NCBI GenBank assembly: GCA_051546255.1
Contig: CP128816.1
Span: 310,001 to 374,000 of the forward strand
Origin: Meyerozyma guilliermondii
Taxonomy: Eukaryota
Length of the DNA stretch: 64,000 bases
Reading direction: 5' to 3'
The translations under genes and the position numbers were made by a program. Every line of letters starts with the position of its first letter. The first letter of the stretch is position 1. Shown here one piece after another: positions 9,583 through 20,656 of the stretch. The notes below the pieces were generated by a model. The model saw only the letters and a program-made list of their open reading frames with translations, was not told where the DNA came from and made no database searches.

Positions 9583-12500
9583 TCACTGTAATACACGGTC
9601 GACCAAATTGTTCAAACCAAATAAGAACCCCAATTCTTGTCTTCCTAGCTTACTCACGGACTTCATGCCATTCTCATCTAGTGCATTCTGCACCATTTCT
9701 TTCTTGTACTTTTGGAGCTCCATTATACGGCCTTCGATCGTGTCATTGAGCAAGATACGATGGACAAAAACCTCACGCTGTTGACCAATTCTATGAGCTC
9801 TATCCATAGCCTGCTCTTCAACAAATGGGTTCCAGAATGGGTCCATCAAAATAACATGATTTGCACAAGTTAAGGTAAGACCAACATTTCCTGCTCTTAA
9901 CGATATCAACAAGACCTGAGTCAGACCCTGGTAGAAGTTCTTTATCGTATTATTGCGAGCATCAAGTGACATCGACCCATCATAACGTAAAAATGGTATA
10001 CCTTTTTTGTCAAGAACCAACTTCATCAAGTCAAAGAGAGTAGTGAATTGTGAGAACACAATGATCTTTTCTTCCAGACTTTTCGTTCGTATTTGGTTCA
10101 CGAGCTCAATGCATTTTTCGATCTTTGTAGACGGTGTGAAACCATTGGTTTCTTCAATAAGGCGACTTATTATATCAGTAGAGGTAAACTTTTCAGGGGC
10201 CCTAGATTTTGGCGAAAACAAATCTTCAATGGCTTCTTCATCGTATCCGTCGTAGTGAACCTTGTGAAACATTTCATACTTGATCAAATCCTGTTCCTTA
10301 ATCTCCCTTGAACAGGCAAAGCACAGAGCACTTCTGAATCCTATTATTGAGTCTCCCATTTCAAAGCGTTCAAAGAAATTTTCAACACAGTTTTCACAAA
10401 TCATATGACCACACTGAGGAAAAAGAGTTATAGAGTGTCTCGAAAAGACATCATAGCAAAGTGGGCAAGTGAAAATACCCTCTTCTTGACCGTCACCACC
10501 GGTTATATCGTCACTCAATTCTAGCTTGATTCTCTTGACGGTTTCTTCATCGAAGTCACAAGTTGCAGCATACATTTTCTTCCAACTTTCACTGACGAAA
10601 AGAGAGGGATTTGTCTCTGCTCTGCGCTTGAGATCACCTACTTCAACCAAGTAGCTGTGACAACAGGCCTGTCGAAGACGCAAAAGAAGGGTAAGGATAC
10701 TTGTTGTCAGTCCAGCTGAGTTCAAGAGCCCTTCTGCTTTGGATTGAATGTTCTGTTCTAGGGCGTCGTAGTCGGCCTTTTCTTTCGCTTCCATGTCGAC
10801 CTGAACTTCTTCAATATGCTTTTCGGGTAGACTCAATATTGGCTGTCCATCGATAAGAGAATCTTTGGCACGACGCAATAAAATAGCACTAAGCAATGCC
10901 TGAAGTTTCTTCATACTTCTTCTTTGTGAGAAGACATCGGAGTAGCCTCCTTTCTGCTTTAATGGCAACACAATATCGCCTCTGAATCTTTCTTCATCAT
11001 TGTAAGGTTTGATACGTAGAAACCGAAGTATGGGGTACAACTCATCGAGATTATTCTGAATGGGAGTTCCTGACAAACAAAGTCGGTACTTCGACTTGAT
11101 ACAATATACGGCTTTCGAAGCGATAGCATTTTTGTTTTTGATGTTCTGTGCTTCATCCAAGATAACACGATAGAAGATGGCTCCTCTGGAAAAAAATGGC
11201 GAGTCGTACAGTTCACCACCAGAATCAAGATCAGGAACCACATTTTGACCTGGGGTGACCTGTGCTTCTTCAATGGCAGACTTGTAATGCTTTTTCCATT
11301 CTGACGACAAGGTGCCGTAGGAAGTTAAAACCACGTCAAAACCTTTAAAAGCCCTAAATCTTGTCATCAGTTTCTTCTCGTTTCCGTGATATATAGCAAC
11401 TTTGAATCGGTAAGACGACTTGAGTTTCGAGTCGAGCTCAGCTGCCCATTGACGTAATAATGCCACAGGAGCTATCACCAAAGTTGTCTTGCAGTCGTCG
11501 ACGCTCGATTTGTGTGCTACAATTAGCGACAACGCCTGGATAGTTTTTCCCAATCCCATATCATCGGCTAGTATGCCGCCCTTACTCTTGGACTCCTCCA
11601 TCCGAAGCAACCAAGTCAAGCCCAATTTCTGGTGTTTCAATAGAGAAATAGCCAATTCTGGCGGTGTAGCAGCCATGTCTTCGGTGTCTGCTTCTTCGTC
11701 TGGACGGATATTGTTGAGCAATTCTTTAAGGTCAACCTCGTCTCTTCCTCCATAGACATTGCGTACATAACCCTGCGGTTGAACAGGTTGTGGTTGAATA
11801 TGTTGCGGTTGAATAGGTTGTGGTTGGAGCTGAGCTTGGAGCTGAGCTTGGCTTGCGCTTTGTATAGACATTAGGCGATTCAATTCCACTTCTGTCTTGC
11901 GAACAACGTCTTGGAGACGCGGCAACAGCGAGTGAACTCTCCGGAGCTCATTAGTGAAGTTTTTACGGCGCTGGTTGAGCCCTCTATAAGCATCGAGCAG
12001 TCGTTGGGCTTCACCCTCGAGCGCCACGAGTCTCTCACGCTCGCTATTAGGGTCTTCTCGTAACATCTTCAACTCCTTTTCGAGTCTGATGGCCTTGGCA
12101 GCTGCTGCGTCCATGTTCCTCTGGTCATGTTGCATCGTCTGGGAGAGAGATTGACCACGAATCTGGAGCTCTTGTATCTCCCTCATGTTCTGAGCACGCA
12201 CCTGCTGAAGCTGGTTGATTCGTAGTTGGTCTGCGTGAAAAGTTGCTCGTGGATCATGGCCAAAATGTGCCACTGGTGCCGGTTGGTTGAACAAGCTGGG
12301 AGGGGCCACTTGCGAGTCTGGGGCTTCCACTTCTGACGGATAGCGAAAATTGTTGAGTCGCTGGTGGTTGGAAAACGAAGCCTCTTTAAACTTGCCCAAT
12401 TTTGCCGCTTCAACAGGGTCTAGGATCATTATTTCGTCATCACTATCATCTATAAAATTTGCTGGATCTGGGTCTTGGGGAATCACTGGTGGGTTCATAA

Positions 12501-12894
12501 CATCAGAGGCGTGGTAGTAGCCATTCAGGGGGTCTGTGGTCTGTATTTGGTGGTCATTGTTGGTGACGTGGCTCTGAAACGGCTGAAGTAGTCTTTGAAA
12601 AAATCCTGGTTTTTTTTCGGTTTCGTTGTTTTCTGGCATTTCTTCGGTCAAGTCTATCACCACGTCGTCTGAGGCAGCCGGGGTATCATCATGAGTCTCC
12701 TGGGACGGGTCGTTCCATTGGTTTGTTGAAGATCCAGGTTTGAAAAGTGAATCTAGTCGTATTCGTTTTTCGGTATTCTCGCCATTTTGGCGCAAATCAG
12801 ACGGTGTAATAGGTTGAGGAATGGGTATCGGGGTGCTATCTATGTCTGAATCGTCAGAACTAAGGTATATAACGTCTTGAACATCCAGGGACAT
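9583..12894 (-). CDS. ULS1: SNF2-family ATPase with RING finger and N-terminal SUMO-interacting motifs (Uls1/Ris1-like)
   Basis: GGILADDMGLGKT, ILDEAQ, RING CPLC...CGHMICENC, QAMDRAHRIGQ; SIM-like VIYLSSDD, VVIDLTEE, IMILD; first ATG 12894. Confidence 0.8.
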   Translation of the reverse strand: MSLDVQDVIYLSSDDSDIDSTPIPIPQPITPSDLRQNGENTEKRIRLDSLFKPGSSTNQWNDPSQETHDDTPAASDDVVIDLTEEMPENNETEKKPGFFQRLLQPFQSHVTNNDHQIQTTDPLNGYYHASDVMNPPVIPQDPDPANFIDDSDDEIMILDPVEAAKLGKFKEASFSNHQRLNNFRYPSEVEAPDSQVAPPSLFNQPAPVAHFGHDPRATFHADQLRINQLQQVRAQNMREIQELQIRGQSLSQTMQHDQRNMDAAAAKAIRLEKELKMLREDPNSERERLVALEGEAQRLLDAYRGLNQRRKNFTNELRRVHSLLPRLQDVVRKTEVELNRLMSIQSASQAQLQAQLQPQPIQPQHIQPQPVQPQGYVRNVYGGRDEVDLKELLNNIRPDEEADTEDMAATPPELAISLLKHQKLGLTWLLRMEESKSKGGILADDMGLGKTIQALSLIVAHKSSVDDCKTTLVIAPVALLRQWAAELDSKLKSSYRFKVAIYHGNEKKLMTRFRAFKGFDVVLTSYGTLSSEWKKHYKSAIEEAQVTPGQNVVPDLDSGGELYDSPFFSRGAIFYRVILDEAQNIKNKNAIASKAVYCIKSKYRLCLSGTPIQNNLDELYPILRFLRIKPYNDEERFRGDIVLPLKQKGGYSDVFSQRRSMKKLQALLSAILLRRAKDSLIDGQPILSLPEKHIEEVQVDMEAKEKADYDALEQNIQSKAEGLLNSAGLTTSILTLLLRLRQACCHSYLVEVGDLKRRAETNPSLFVSESWKKMYAATCDFDEETVKRIKLELSDDITGGDGQEEGIFTCPLCYDVFSRHSITLFPQCGHMICENCVENFFERFEMGDSIIGFRSALCFACSREIKEQDLIKYEMFHKVHYDGYDEEAIEDLFSPKSRAPEKFTSTDIISRLIEETNGFTPSTKIEKCIELVNQIRTKSLEEKIIVFSQFTTLFDLMKLVLDKKGIPFLRYDGSMSLDARNNTIKNFYQGLTQVLLISLRAGNVGLTLTCANHVILMDPFWNPFVEEQAMDRAHRIGQQREVFVHRILLNDTIEGRIMELQKYKKEMVQNALDENGMKSVSKLGRQELGFLFGLNNLVDRVLQ
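11770..11852 (-). repeat. Coding minisatellite (QAQL x2, QPQ-type x4) inside ULS1
   Basis: Translation QAQLQAQLQPQPIQPQHIQPQPVQPQ with 12- and 15-nt units. Confidence 0.7.
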
Positions 12895-12963
12895 GATCGC
12901 ATACAAAAGAGAACACAAGTAAAGTTCGCGCGGTTTTCTTATCGTTGTCTTATATACTACAAA

Positions 12964-13581
12964 TCACTCCTCGTCTTCCAAGTAGTCGCCATTTTCCTCC
13001 AAGATCTTGTCGAGACAGATCTCCAATTCGGTGATCAACCGGGGGTTATTCTCATCAAAAGCCAACCCTCGCTGGTAATCAGCACGAGCAGCCTCGTAGT
13101 TTCCCAAGAAAAAGTTGGCAACTCCTCTTCTCAAAAAGTTATCTGGGGTGTTCATTTGGATGCCCAAGAGCATGTCTGCGTCGTTGAACGCCTGTAAATA
13201 TTGCTTGGTTTTGAGTTGGGCATCGGCACGGCTCATAAGAAACAAACTGAGTTCCTGAAGCGTGCCTTGGAACGACTCGAACTTTTGTCTTTTACATATC
13301 ATGCCAATGCCAATATCAAACTGGCGGACCGATTCTTGGAATTTTCCCTGCTTGAACGCCTGGACACCTCCCTCGTACAATTTGCGGATCATTTTGCTCA
13401 TATCTTTGTTGAAGTTTTCTTGAGTCGGTTGAGGTGGTACGTCGGCTCCACATCCTATAACTTCCGCAGTCAAGGTGTTGAGTTGATCCAAGTCTAGCTT
13501 TAGGTCTGGGAGCACTGCGGCTGCCTGGTCTGGCATGCTCAAGGTCTTGGACTTGGGGTCATACACCACAGGGACGTTCAT
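12964..13581 (-). CDS. SEC72: Sec63-complex TPR subunit Sec72
   Basis: YDPKSKTL N-terminus, TPR region SRADAQL...DADMLL...FLRRG...ARADYQRGLAF. Confidence 0.9.
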   Translation of the reverse strand: MNVPVVYDPKSKTLSMPDQAAAVLPDLKLDLDQLNTLTAEVIGCGADVPPQPTQENFNKDMSKMIRKLYEGGVQAFKQGKFQESVRQFDIGIGMICKRQKFESFQGTLQELSLFLMSRADAQLKTKQYLQAFNDADMLLGIQMNTPDNFLRRGVANFFLGNYEAARADYQRGLAFDENNPRLITELEICLDKILEENGDYLEDEE

Positions 13582-13965
13582 TGTGAAGTGTCAAGTGAAT
13601 GTGGAAAGTGTCGCACAACGCAGAGAGTCTCACGTGGACAGTGGGAGTAAAAGTGTTAGGCTGGTGCGAGTTGGTGTGGAAGGGCCAAGAGTGCGAAGTT
13701 GCGGGAAAAAGAGTGCGTGAAAGTGCTGGGGGGCGCGGGAGGATGCCCGAAATTGCGGGAGAGTGCGAAAATTCGTGTGATTTTGCGAGAGCTCAGTGCG
13801 ACCCTCAGTGCACACTCGGTGCGAAGCTCACTGGGCTCAGCGCGACGTCGCTAAATTAGTGCTATGCTAATTTAGACTCGCGCGGCTGCAAAATGTTTGA
13901 CTGGTTGCACAGTGTACAAACGCAATTGCAAATATTGGTACAAATCTACAGTGGTTTTCAGAGAA

Positions 13966-14688
13966 ATGCAGGCAATAAGACCTTCACCGCCCGTTTCTCG
14001 GAGCTCCTCAGTGGTGGATTTGGACCAATTTGGCTACCTTTTCAATAGCAGAGGAAGTATCAATTTGTCTTCAAATTACCCTGAACCGCATATCACAGCG
14101 GCCGATTTGGTTCCACGAAAACCCAACCCGGGGCTCCAACTTCCTCCAATTGTCGCCGTTAAACCGAAAAGGAAAACTTTGGCAACAGTCAGGCTGTTTT
14201 TCAAAGCGAAACAGTCGCCGCGGTCCACTTTACGAAACTTGTTTCAGTCGAAACAAAAATCTTTTACTCCGGAAAATAGTGGGATTCTGTCAAGTCGTAT
14301 AGCACAGCTTGATATGAGCATCGACTCTCCAAATCAAGTCGACGACATTAAACCAGTTTATTCTCACGATTCTATCGCAGACTCAGGTTCAATTTCTTCC
14401 CGAGAAGATGCCGTTTTTTCTCCAGGAACTCATCGTCCCGACGAGACCTTGGATAGAAGCATCAACGAGCAACTTTTTGGTGAAAACTCAAGTTTAAGAA
14501 CCTCGGAGGAACCGTCGCCGATATCAGAAGAGTCGGTTCCACTGACAAGCTATTGGCAAAAAATTCGGCATCCAGTCCAAGCAGCATCTCCCACCGTACA
14601 ATATCACAAAATTAAAGACAGAATAACGTCGCTTCATGTCCATTGGCTTTCCCCTTTGCCTAAACCTTCTCCCGATATCACCTCATAA
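13966..14688 (+). CDS. Hypothetical Ser/Pro-rich, probably disordered protein
   Basis: 240-codon ORF from ATG 13966 filling the SEC72-HIS5 gap; no recognisable domain. Confidence 0.55.
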   Translation: MQAIRPSPPVSRSSSVVDLDQFGYLFNSRGSINLSSNYPEPHITAADLVPRKPNPGLQLPPIVAVKPKRKTLATVRLFFKAKQSPRSTLRNLFQSKQKSFTPENSGILSSRIAQLDMSIDSPNQVDDIKPVYSHDSIADSGSISSREDAVFSPGTHRPDETLDRSINEQLFGENSSLRTSEEPSPISEESVPLTSYWQKIRHPVQAASPTVQYHKIKDRITSLHVHWLSPLPKPSPDITS

Positions 14689-14728
14689 CCACCCCGTGGT
14701 TTTCGCAGCCAAGTGCGACTTTCAGTCC

Positions 14729-14735
14729 TGACTCA
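14729..14735 (+). promoter_or_regulatory. Gcn4 site TGACTCA upstream of HIS5
   Basis: Perfect TGACTCA about 50 nt before the ATG of an amino acid biosynthetic gene. Confidence 0.65.
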
Positions 14736-14780
14736 TAAATTTTCACTGATAAGATCGCACCTACTTCCTAAATTATTGCC

Positions 14781-15983
14781 ATGCCATTCGACATCAAAAG
14801 GACCCTCCGTCCCAATATCTTAAAGTTGGAACCCTACCGCTGTGCAAGAGACGACTACAAAGAAGGGATCTTGCTAGACGCAAATGAGAATACTTATGGT
14901 GTTTCTGTAGAACAATTGTCTGCTCACGAACACGGCTTGGAACTCAACCGGTACCCCGATCCCCACCAAATTGACTTGAAGAAACAGATTTTGGCATTCA
15001 GAAACAAAAATTTCAACAGGTTTGTGAAAAAGGAAACTCCTTTGCTCGAAGCAGACAATTTGTGCCTTGGAGTCGGTTCAGATGAGAGCATCGATTTGCT
15101 CTTACGTTGTGTTTGTACGCCTGGAAAAGACAAGCTTTTGATATGTCCTCCGACGTATGGAATGTACTCGGTCTGCGCAACCGTAAACGATGTGGAATTG
15201 GTGAAAGTGCCACTTACGGTTCCCGATTTCCAAACCGATAATGAAAAGATTGTCTCCACGATTGAGTCAGATTCTAACATAAAACTTGTCTACTTGACCT
15301 CTCCGGGAAACCCCACCGGAAAATTGATAGAACCAAAACGTATCATTGACCTTTTGGAGAAACTTGACAACTGGAACGGATTCTTGGTCGTAGACGAAGC
15401 CTACATTGATTTCACTCAATTGGACCCAGAAACCTCCACGAGCCAGTCCATGTCGACTCTCGTCAACCAGTACCCTAACTTGGTTGTAATGCAAACCCTT
15501 TCCAAGTCCTTTGGCCTTGCCGGTATTAGACTTGGAGTCACATACTGCTCCAAAGAATTGTCCTACTACTTAAACTCCATGAAGTATCCTTACAACATTT
15601 CGTCGCTAACTTCAGATATAGCTACCAGAGCCACGTCTGCTGCTGGCTTGAAGATTATGAAAGATACCGCTAAACTTATTATTAGCCAAAGAGAGTACTT
15701 GCTTGAACAGCTCCAAAAACTCCCCGGAATTGGCAGGAACCTCGGTGGCTTGGACTCCAATTTTCTTTTGCTAGAGGTTTTGGATAAATCTGGAGCTCCA
15801 TCGAACGATGTTGCTAAAAAATTGTACCAAAGATTGGCCCAAACTCACCAGGTGGTGGTGCGGTTCAGAGGTACGGAATTGAATTGTACAGGTGCTCTTC
15901 GTGTTACCGTGGGTACTCCAGCTGAAAATGAAACTTTACTTAAAAAATTCAGCTCCTGTTTTGAAGAGATCTACAATCTATAG
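14781..15983 (+). CDS. HIS5: Histidinol-phosphate aminotransferase
   Basis: LDANEN, NRYPDP, GVGSDESID, SPGNPTG, VDEAYIDF, TLSKSFGLAGIRLG (PLP lysine). Confidence 0.97.
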   Translation: MPFDIKRTLRPNILKLEPYRCARDDYKEGILLDANENTYGVSVEQLSAHEHGLELNRYPDPHQIDLKKQILAFRNKNFNRFVKKETPLLEADNLCLGVGSDESIDLLLRCVCTPGKDKLLICPPTYGMYSVCATVNDVELVKVPLTVPDFQTDNEKIVSTIESDSNIKLVYLTSPGNPTGKLIEPKRIIDLLEKLDNWNGFLVVDEAYIDFTQLDPETSTSQSMSTLVNQYPNLVVMQTLSKSFGLAGIRLGVTYCSKELSYYLNSMKYPYNISSLTSDIATRATSAAGLKIMKDTAKLIISQREYLLEQLQKLPGIGRNLGGLDSNFLLLEVLDKSGAPSNDVAKKLYQRLAQTHQVVVRFRGTELNCTGALRVTVGTPAENETLLKKFSSCFEEIYNL

Positions 15984-16086
15984 ATTAGTTAGAATACAGT
16001 GTGGTTCGGTATATGTGTGGGTGTAATGGGTGTGGTGATTTTTTTCTTTGCGACTAAACCAATTTCTTCAACACTTTACTTCAACC

Positions 16087-16821
16087 ATGACGAAGCAAAA
16101 CTTTGTGGGGTTGGTGGTTTCCCAAGGGAAAATGCACAAGACCGTCAAGGTCCGAGTGCAGACGAAAACATACGACAAAAAAGTACATAAAGAAGTCTTT
16201 AAGAGGAAAGACTATTTGGTGCACGACGAAGGAAATTTATGTAAAGAAGGAGATATTGTTCGTATTGAGTCGATACCCAAGATTTCTTCGCGGAAGTACT
16301 TTGCAGTTGCCGAGATGAAGGTGAATAAGGGTCAACAATTTGCCATGTACGAGTCTTTGGCCAAGAAAAAGGTGGCCGAAGAAGAGAAGGAAAAGTTGCA
16401 AAATTTCCTTTTGAAAAACGAGCAATCACAAGCGATTATCAGCCAAGTCGAGGATCTCCGTAAACTCGATCAGATCCACCAACAGTTCCAGAGCAACCCT
16501 GAAGCCGACAAAGACCTTCTTGTCGAAGAAATCAACAAAATCAAAGCCAAGTACAACATCAAATCGTGGCCCTCCACGGAACCCATATTGTCTCTTGAAC
16601 TCAACCAGGACGAGGCAGACATGACTGAGATTGAGAAAAGAGCGAAAAACATCAAGTCCATTTTGGAAAAGGTGATGGGCCCTGAACATACCGAATTCAG
16701 AGAGAGAGTATTAGCCGAGAAGGCCAAGGCTCCAATTGCCAATCTTAAACCATTCACTCAAAAAAACATCTTGCGCAAGTTCATATTAGATCCCCGCAAC
16801 GAGTGCCCTGTGCCGTATTAG
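16087..16821 (+). CDS. MRPS17: Mitochondrial ribosomal small subunit protein uS17m
   Basis: [21 protein letters not shown]...[20 protein letters not shown]17 domain plus fungal extension; ATG 16087. Confidence 0.92.
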   Translation: MTKQNFVGLVVSQGKMHKTVKVRVQTKTYDKKVHKEVFKRKDYLVHDEGNLCKEGDIVRIESIPKISSRKYFAVAEMKVNKGQQFAMYESLAKKKVAEEEKEKLQNFLLKNEQSQAIISQVEDLRKLDQIHQQFQSNPEADKDLLVEEINKIKAKYNIKSWPSTEPILSLELNQDEADMTEIEKRAKNIKSILEKVMGPEHTEFRERVLAEKAKAPIANLKPFTQKNILRKFILDPRNECPVPY

Positions 16822-17080
16822 ATAGAGTGTGACGATCTTCAATGTACATAGAAAATATTGGGCCCTCTCGTTCCAGCCTGTATACTCAAAATGTTCTAAT
16901 CGCGAATTTCTTCTTTTCTGTAAACAGTCAACTACACTTAGCCGAGGCACAATTCTATGAGATTTCAAGAATAGCAGACTATGAGTGTAATATAAGGTCA
17001 CTTACACCTCCCAGCTCCAATATTTGAAACTTTTATCCGTTCAAGTCTCTTATTTATTGCCATAAAATCACAGTATTTTA

Positions 17081-19132
17081 ATGGCGGATTTCCGCAACCG
17101 ACTACAAAGGGCCCGAACGTTATTGGCGCTGCCCGAAACGGCACTAATCGACGACTTGACCGAGGATAAACTCCTTAGGTTCCATGACAAACTCAATCCG
17201 CTTCTAGAGGGCGGATATCACGATAAATCGATTCGCTATAAATTGGATCAAGAGCCGGTTCCGCCGCTTCACATCCTGCTGGTCCTCACAGCACCCATTG
17301 GTGCTATCAGCAACCTCACAGTTCGTCCTGGCGAGCCCCACTTCTTATGGTGGTACTCGATCTCTACTTATTTCCCACTTTTGTCGGCTTGTGTTGGTCC
17401 TCTTTCCAACTGCATTTCAATCGTTGCCCTTATAGAACACTGGCGCCAGGATCGGACCAGCTTAAACCTCGTTCCAGACCCTCCCAGAGTGCTCGCATTG
17501 AACGCGTTGAGCTTGGGTTTGGGAATTATTGGCAATATGTCGCTTCTCATGAATTTTTCAGGTACCGTCAAGTATTTGGTTACCCAAGTCATTTCCATAA
17601 TATGCTGGTTTCTGGCCAGTGTGATCCTCATGGCGGCCTTGTTGGTAGCTAACAAAAACTTTACCGGGAGCAATCCTCGCTACACTCGTACTGAAGGGTT
17701 TTGGTTTGCTGCTTTCACCTGTTTCTTCTACTTTGTATGTGCCACGTTGATGTCGATCAACTATGTGGGATATCGCCTAAAGATGTATCCTCCGGTATTC
17801 AACTTGGACAACAAGCAACGATTATTGATGTTCTATACTGTGTTTCTTTCGTTTTGGTTGGTCATTGGTGCCGTGGTGGTAGACAAGCTTCTTGATGTCA
17901 CTAATTACGGCAGCTCTCTCTACTTTTGTGTTGTGTCCATTCTCACCGTGGGATTGGGTGATGTGCTTCCCATAACCGCTGGGTGCAAAGTGTTTGTATT
18001 GGCGTGGTCTTTCATTGGGCTCTTGACGTTGGGTCTCGTCATTGCCATGGTTCGACAAGTCACACTTCATTCGGCTGGCCCGACTATATTTTGGCACCAT
18101 ATTGAAATAGCCAGGCAAAATGCCCTCCAGGCTGCCAGGAGCAAAAACTTGGATCTTGCTCCAGAAGATGCTTTCATGGAAATGAGACTAATTAGAAAGA
18201 AAGCTCGGTCTCATCAGACTACCATGTCGCTTATCCTCGTTTTGCTTGTATTCTTTGTGTTCTGGCTCGTGGGTGCTTGCATTTTCCATTACATCGAAGG
18301 ATGGTCTTACTTCAATTCGGTATACTTTTGTTTCTTGTGTTTCATCACCATCGGGTATGGTGATTTTGCGCCCAAACAACCATTGGGCAGGGTTTTCTTT
18401 GTTTCGTGGGGTATTTCGGCAGTGCCTTTGATGACAGTGCTTATCTCGAACCTGGGAGACAAGTTGTACGACTTTGGTGAGAAAATAAGCGACTATACAT
18501 GGAAATGGTTTCGCATTGATTCTTATAGACATTTGAGAGAAAAGCACGACAAAGAAGTTGCTCCCATAGATGAAGACATGGACGGTGGTATTGTCCGACA
18601 ACTTGAGGAAGAAGAGGTACTGGAGGAGGAAGATATGGATCTGATCGTTGAAACATTGAAATCACATTCTCGAAAAGATTACGATCCTGACACCCCCATT
18701 AATGCGGTGAAACTCAGCCATGATTTAAAGTCGCATGTTACGCAGCGAAAGAAAACGTTTCAGAAACTTCGGCTGTCGCTAGAATTGTTAAAGCCTATAA
18801 TTGAAGATTCCGTTGGAGACCCCTCCAAGCGGTATTCTCACGATGAGTGGAAAAAAGTCTTAGATACGGTGGCCGCACCTCCGCCTAATACTGACGGTAT
18901 GAGTGCCAAGGTGAAGCAGGAAGTCCAGGATAGAGCGAGATACTACTGGCTAAGCGAGCGGTCGCCGTTAAGACTTCCGATCATGGAGCCCAACTATATG
19001 ATTTTAAAGTTGTTTTTTCGAGTCGAACATGACATCCAGTCTATGTTGGATGACGAAGGAGAAGTTCTACGTAACTTGAAGACGTGGATAGAAAGGGCTG
19101 AGAGAAAAGAATCCGATATGAACACTGACTAG
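17081..19132 (+). CDS. TOK1: Two-pore outward-rectifying K+ channel
   Basis: Pore loops ILTVGLGD and FITIGYGD; 8-TM fungal TOK layout. Confidence 0.92.
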   Translation: MADFRNRLQRARTLLALPETALIDDLTEDKLLRFHDKLNPLLEGGYHDKSIRYKLDQEPVPPLHILLVLTAPIGAISNLTVRPGEPHFLWWYSISTYFPLLSACVGPLSNCISIVALIEHWRQDRTSLNLVPDPPRVLALNALSLGLGIIGNMSLLMNFSGTVKYLVTQVISIICWFLASVILMAALLVANKNFTGSNPRYTRTEGFWFAAFTCFFYFVCATLMSINYVGYRLKMYPPVFNLDNKQRLLMFYTVFLSFWLVIGAVVVDKLLDVTNYGSSLYFCVVSILTVGLGDVLPITAGCKVFVLAWSFIGLLTLGLVIAMVRQVTLHSAGPTIFWHHIEIARQNALQAARSKNLDLAPEDAFMEMRLIRKKARSHQTTMSLILVLLVFFVFWLVGACIFHYIEGWSYFNSVYFCFLCFITIGYGDFAPKQPLGRVFFVSWGISAVPLMTVLISNLGDKLYDFGEKISDYTWKWFRIDSYRHLREKHDKEVAPIDEDMDGGIVRQLEEEEVLEEEDMDLIVETLKSHSRKDYDPDTPINAVKLSHDLKSHVTQRKKTFQKLRLSLELLKPIIEDSVGDPSKRYSHDEWKKVLDTVAAPPPNTDGMSAKVKQEVQDRARYYWLSERSPLRLPIMEPNYMILKLFFRVEHDIQSMLDDEGEVLRNLKTWIERAERKESDMNTD

Positions 19133-19300
19133 ATATTTACGATACCCACGAACAAAATTATTTTTCGCACCCAAATCAAATGTTATCGGCGCCGATATCG
19201 CGTAGTTAAACTATTGATAACCCCCAATTTTATTACCATTTGAGTTGAAAAAAAGCACGTTTGCTGCCCTTCCGTAACTTCCCTGCACCCCTTATAGACC

Positions 19301-20656
19301 ATGAGCTCAGTGAATTGGTCTAGAGATGATCATCCTCTCTTCAAAATGGGAAACTTCACCGTCACGAGAGCACAGTTCAAATATATAACCTTCACTATTA
19401 TTGGAGTTTCTTTATTGTGGCCATGGAACTGTTTTCTATCTGCTTCGGCATACTATGGAGAAAGGTTTGTGGGCTCTCCTAGCTTGGCAAAGACATATTC
19501 GTCGACCATGATGACGGTGTCCACCATCACCTCGCTCATATACAACTACTATCTTTCTCAAGCTCAAACTGGAGCAAATTACCATCGCCGTGTAAACCTT
19601 GGTCTTGGAATAACAGCGGCTATCTTCTGCCTTATGGCGTTTTCGTGTGTGTTGGAAATCTTCTTGGCAATGAACGATACTGTCTTTTTCTTCGGTCTCA
19701 TGACGATGGTTCTTGTTTCTGCCGCGGCCACTTGCTTGGCCCAAAACGGTACCATGGCGTTGGTGAATGTTTTGGGAAGCATATATGCTAACGGGGTGAT
19801 GGTGGGACAAGCAATTGCTGGAGTTCTACCCTCCGTTGCTCTCATTGCTTCTCTTTTGATTGTTGGAGAAACCAAGACAGAAGGAAAAAGGAACGTGGAA
19901 AGCAACTTTGGCTTGTTCTTGTACTACATTACGGCGAGCCTTGTGTCTTTGGTGGGCATGGGGCTCTTGTACATTGTCGCAAAAAAGGGAGACAACGAGT
20001 ACCGAGCACTCGAAGACGCTAGAGACGAAAATGGAGACCATATTGGAGTGGGAATTGGAGATGGAGATGTTGGAGGCAGTGGGGAGTATGGCGAGGAACT
20101 AGATGTCGGTCAATCTCGCCATGTACCGTTTCATGTTCTTTGGTCAAAACTCAAGTACCTAGTTCTGACCATAGTGACGACTTTTGCAGTGACACTTGTG
20201 TTTCCTGTTTTTGCATCGAATGTCCAATCTGTCCATGAGGGTTCAGGATGGGTTTTCAAAAAAGCCATTTTTGTGCCGTTCATCTACTTTGTTTGGAATA
20301 TGGGAGATGTGTTAGGAAGAATCCTCTGCGGCACACCTGGTTCTCGGCTATTAATTCGCAACCAAAAAGTTCTACTCCTATACTCGGTTCTACGCATAGT
20401 GTATGTGCCATTGTTCTTGACCTGCAATGTCCACCCTGAGAAAGGAGCATTGTTTGCCTCGGATATCTGGTACATTATGCTACAATTCACTTTTGGATTA
20501 TCCAACGGCCAGTGCTGCACTTCTGCATTTATGGTAGTTGGAGATCACTGCGACGACGATGATGAAAAAGAAGCCGCCGGAGGGTTCACCACAGTTTTCC
20601 TCAGTTTTGGCTTGGCATTGGGCAGTGTCGCTAGCTACGTTGTAGCTATGATGTAA
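19301..20656 (+). CDS. FUN26: Equilibrative nucleoside transporter
   Basis: GVSLLWPWNCFLSA, MVGQAIAGVLPS, WNMGDVLGR, FGLSNG ENT motifs. Confidence 0.9.
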   Translation: MSSVNWSRDDHPLFKMGNFTVTRAQFKYITFTIIGVSLLWPWNCFLSASAYYGERFVGSPSLAKTYSSTMMTVSTITSLIYNYYLSQAQTGANYHRRVNLGLGITAAIFCLMAFSCVLEIFLAMNDTVFFFGLMTMVLVSAAATCLAQNGTMALVNVLGSIYANGVMVGQAIAGVLPSVALIASLLIVGETKTEGKRNVESNFGLFLYYITASLVSLVGMGLLYIVAKKGDNEYRALEDARDENGDHIGVGIGDGDVGGSGEYGEELDVGQSRHVPFHVLWSKLKYLVLTIVTTFAVTLVFPVFASNVQSVHEGSGWVFKKAIFVPFIYFVWNMGDVLGRILCGTPGSRLLIRNQKVLLLYSVLRIVYVPLFLTCNVHPEKGALFASDIWYIMLQFTFGLSNGQCCTSAFMVVGDHCDDDDEKEAAGGFTTVFLSFGLALGSVASYVVAMM

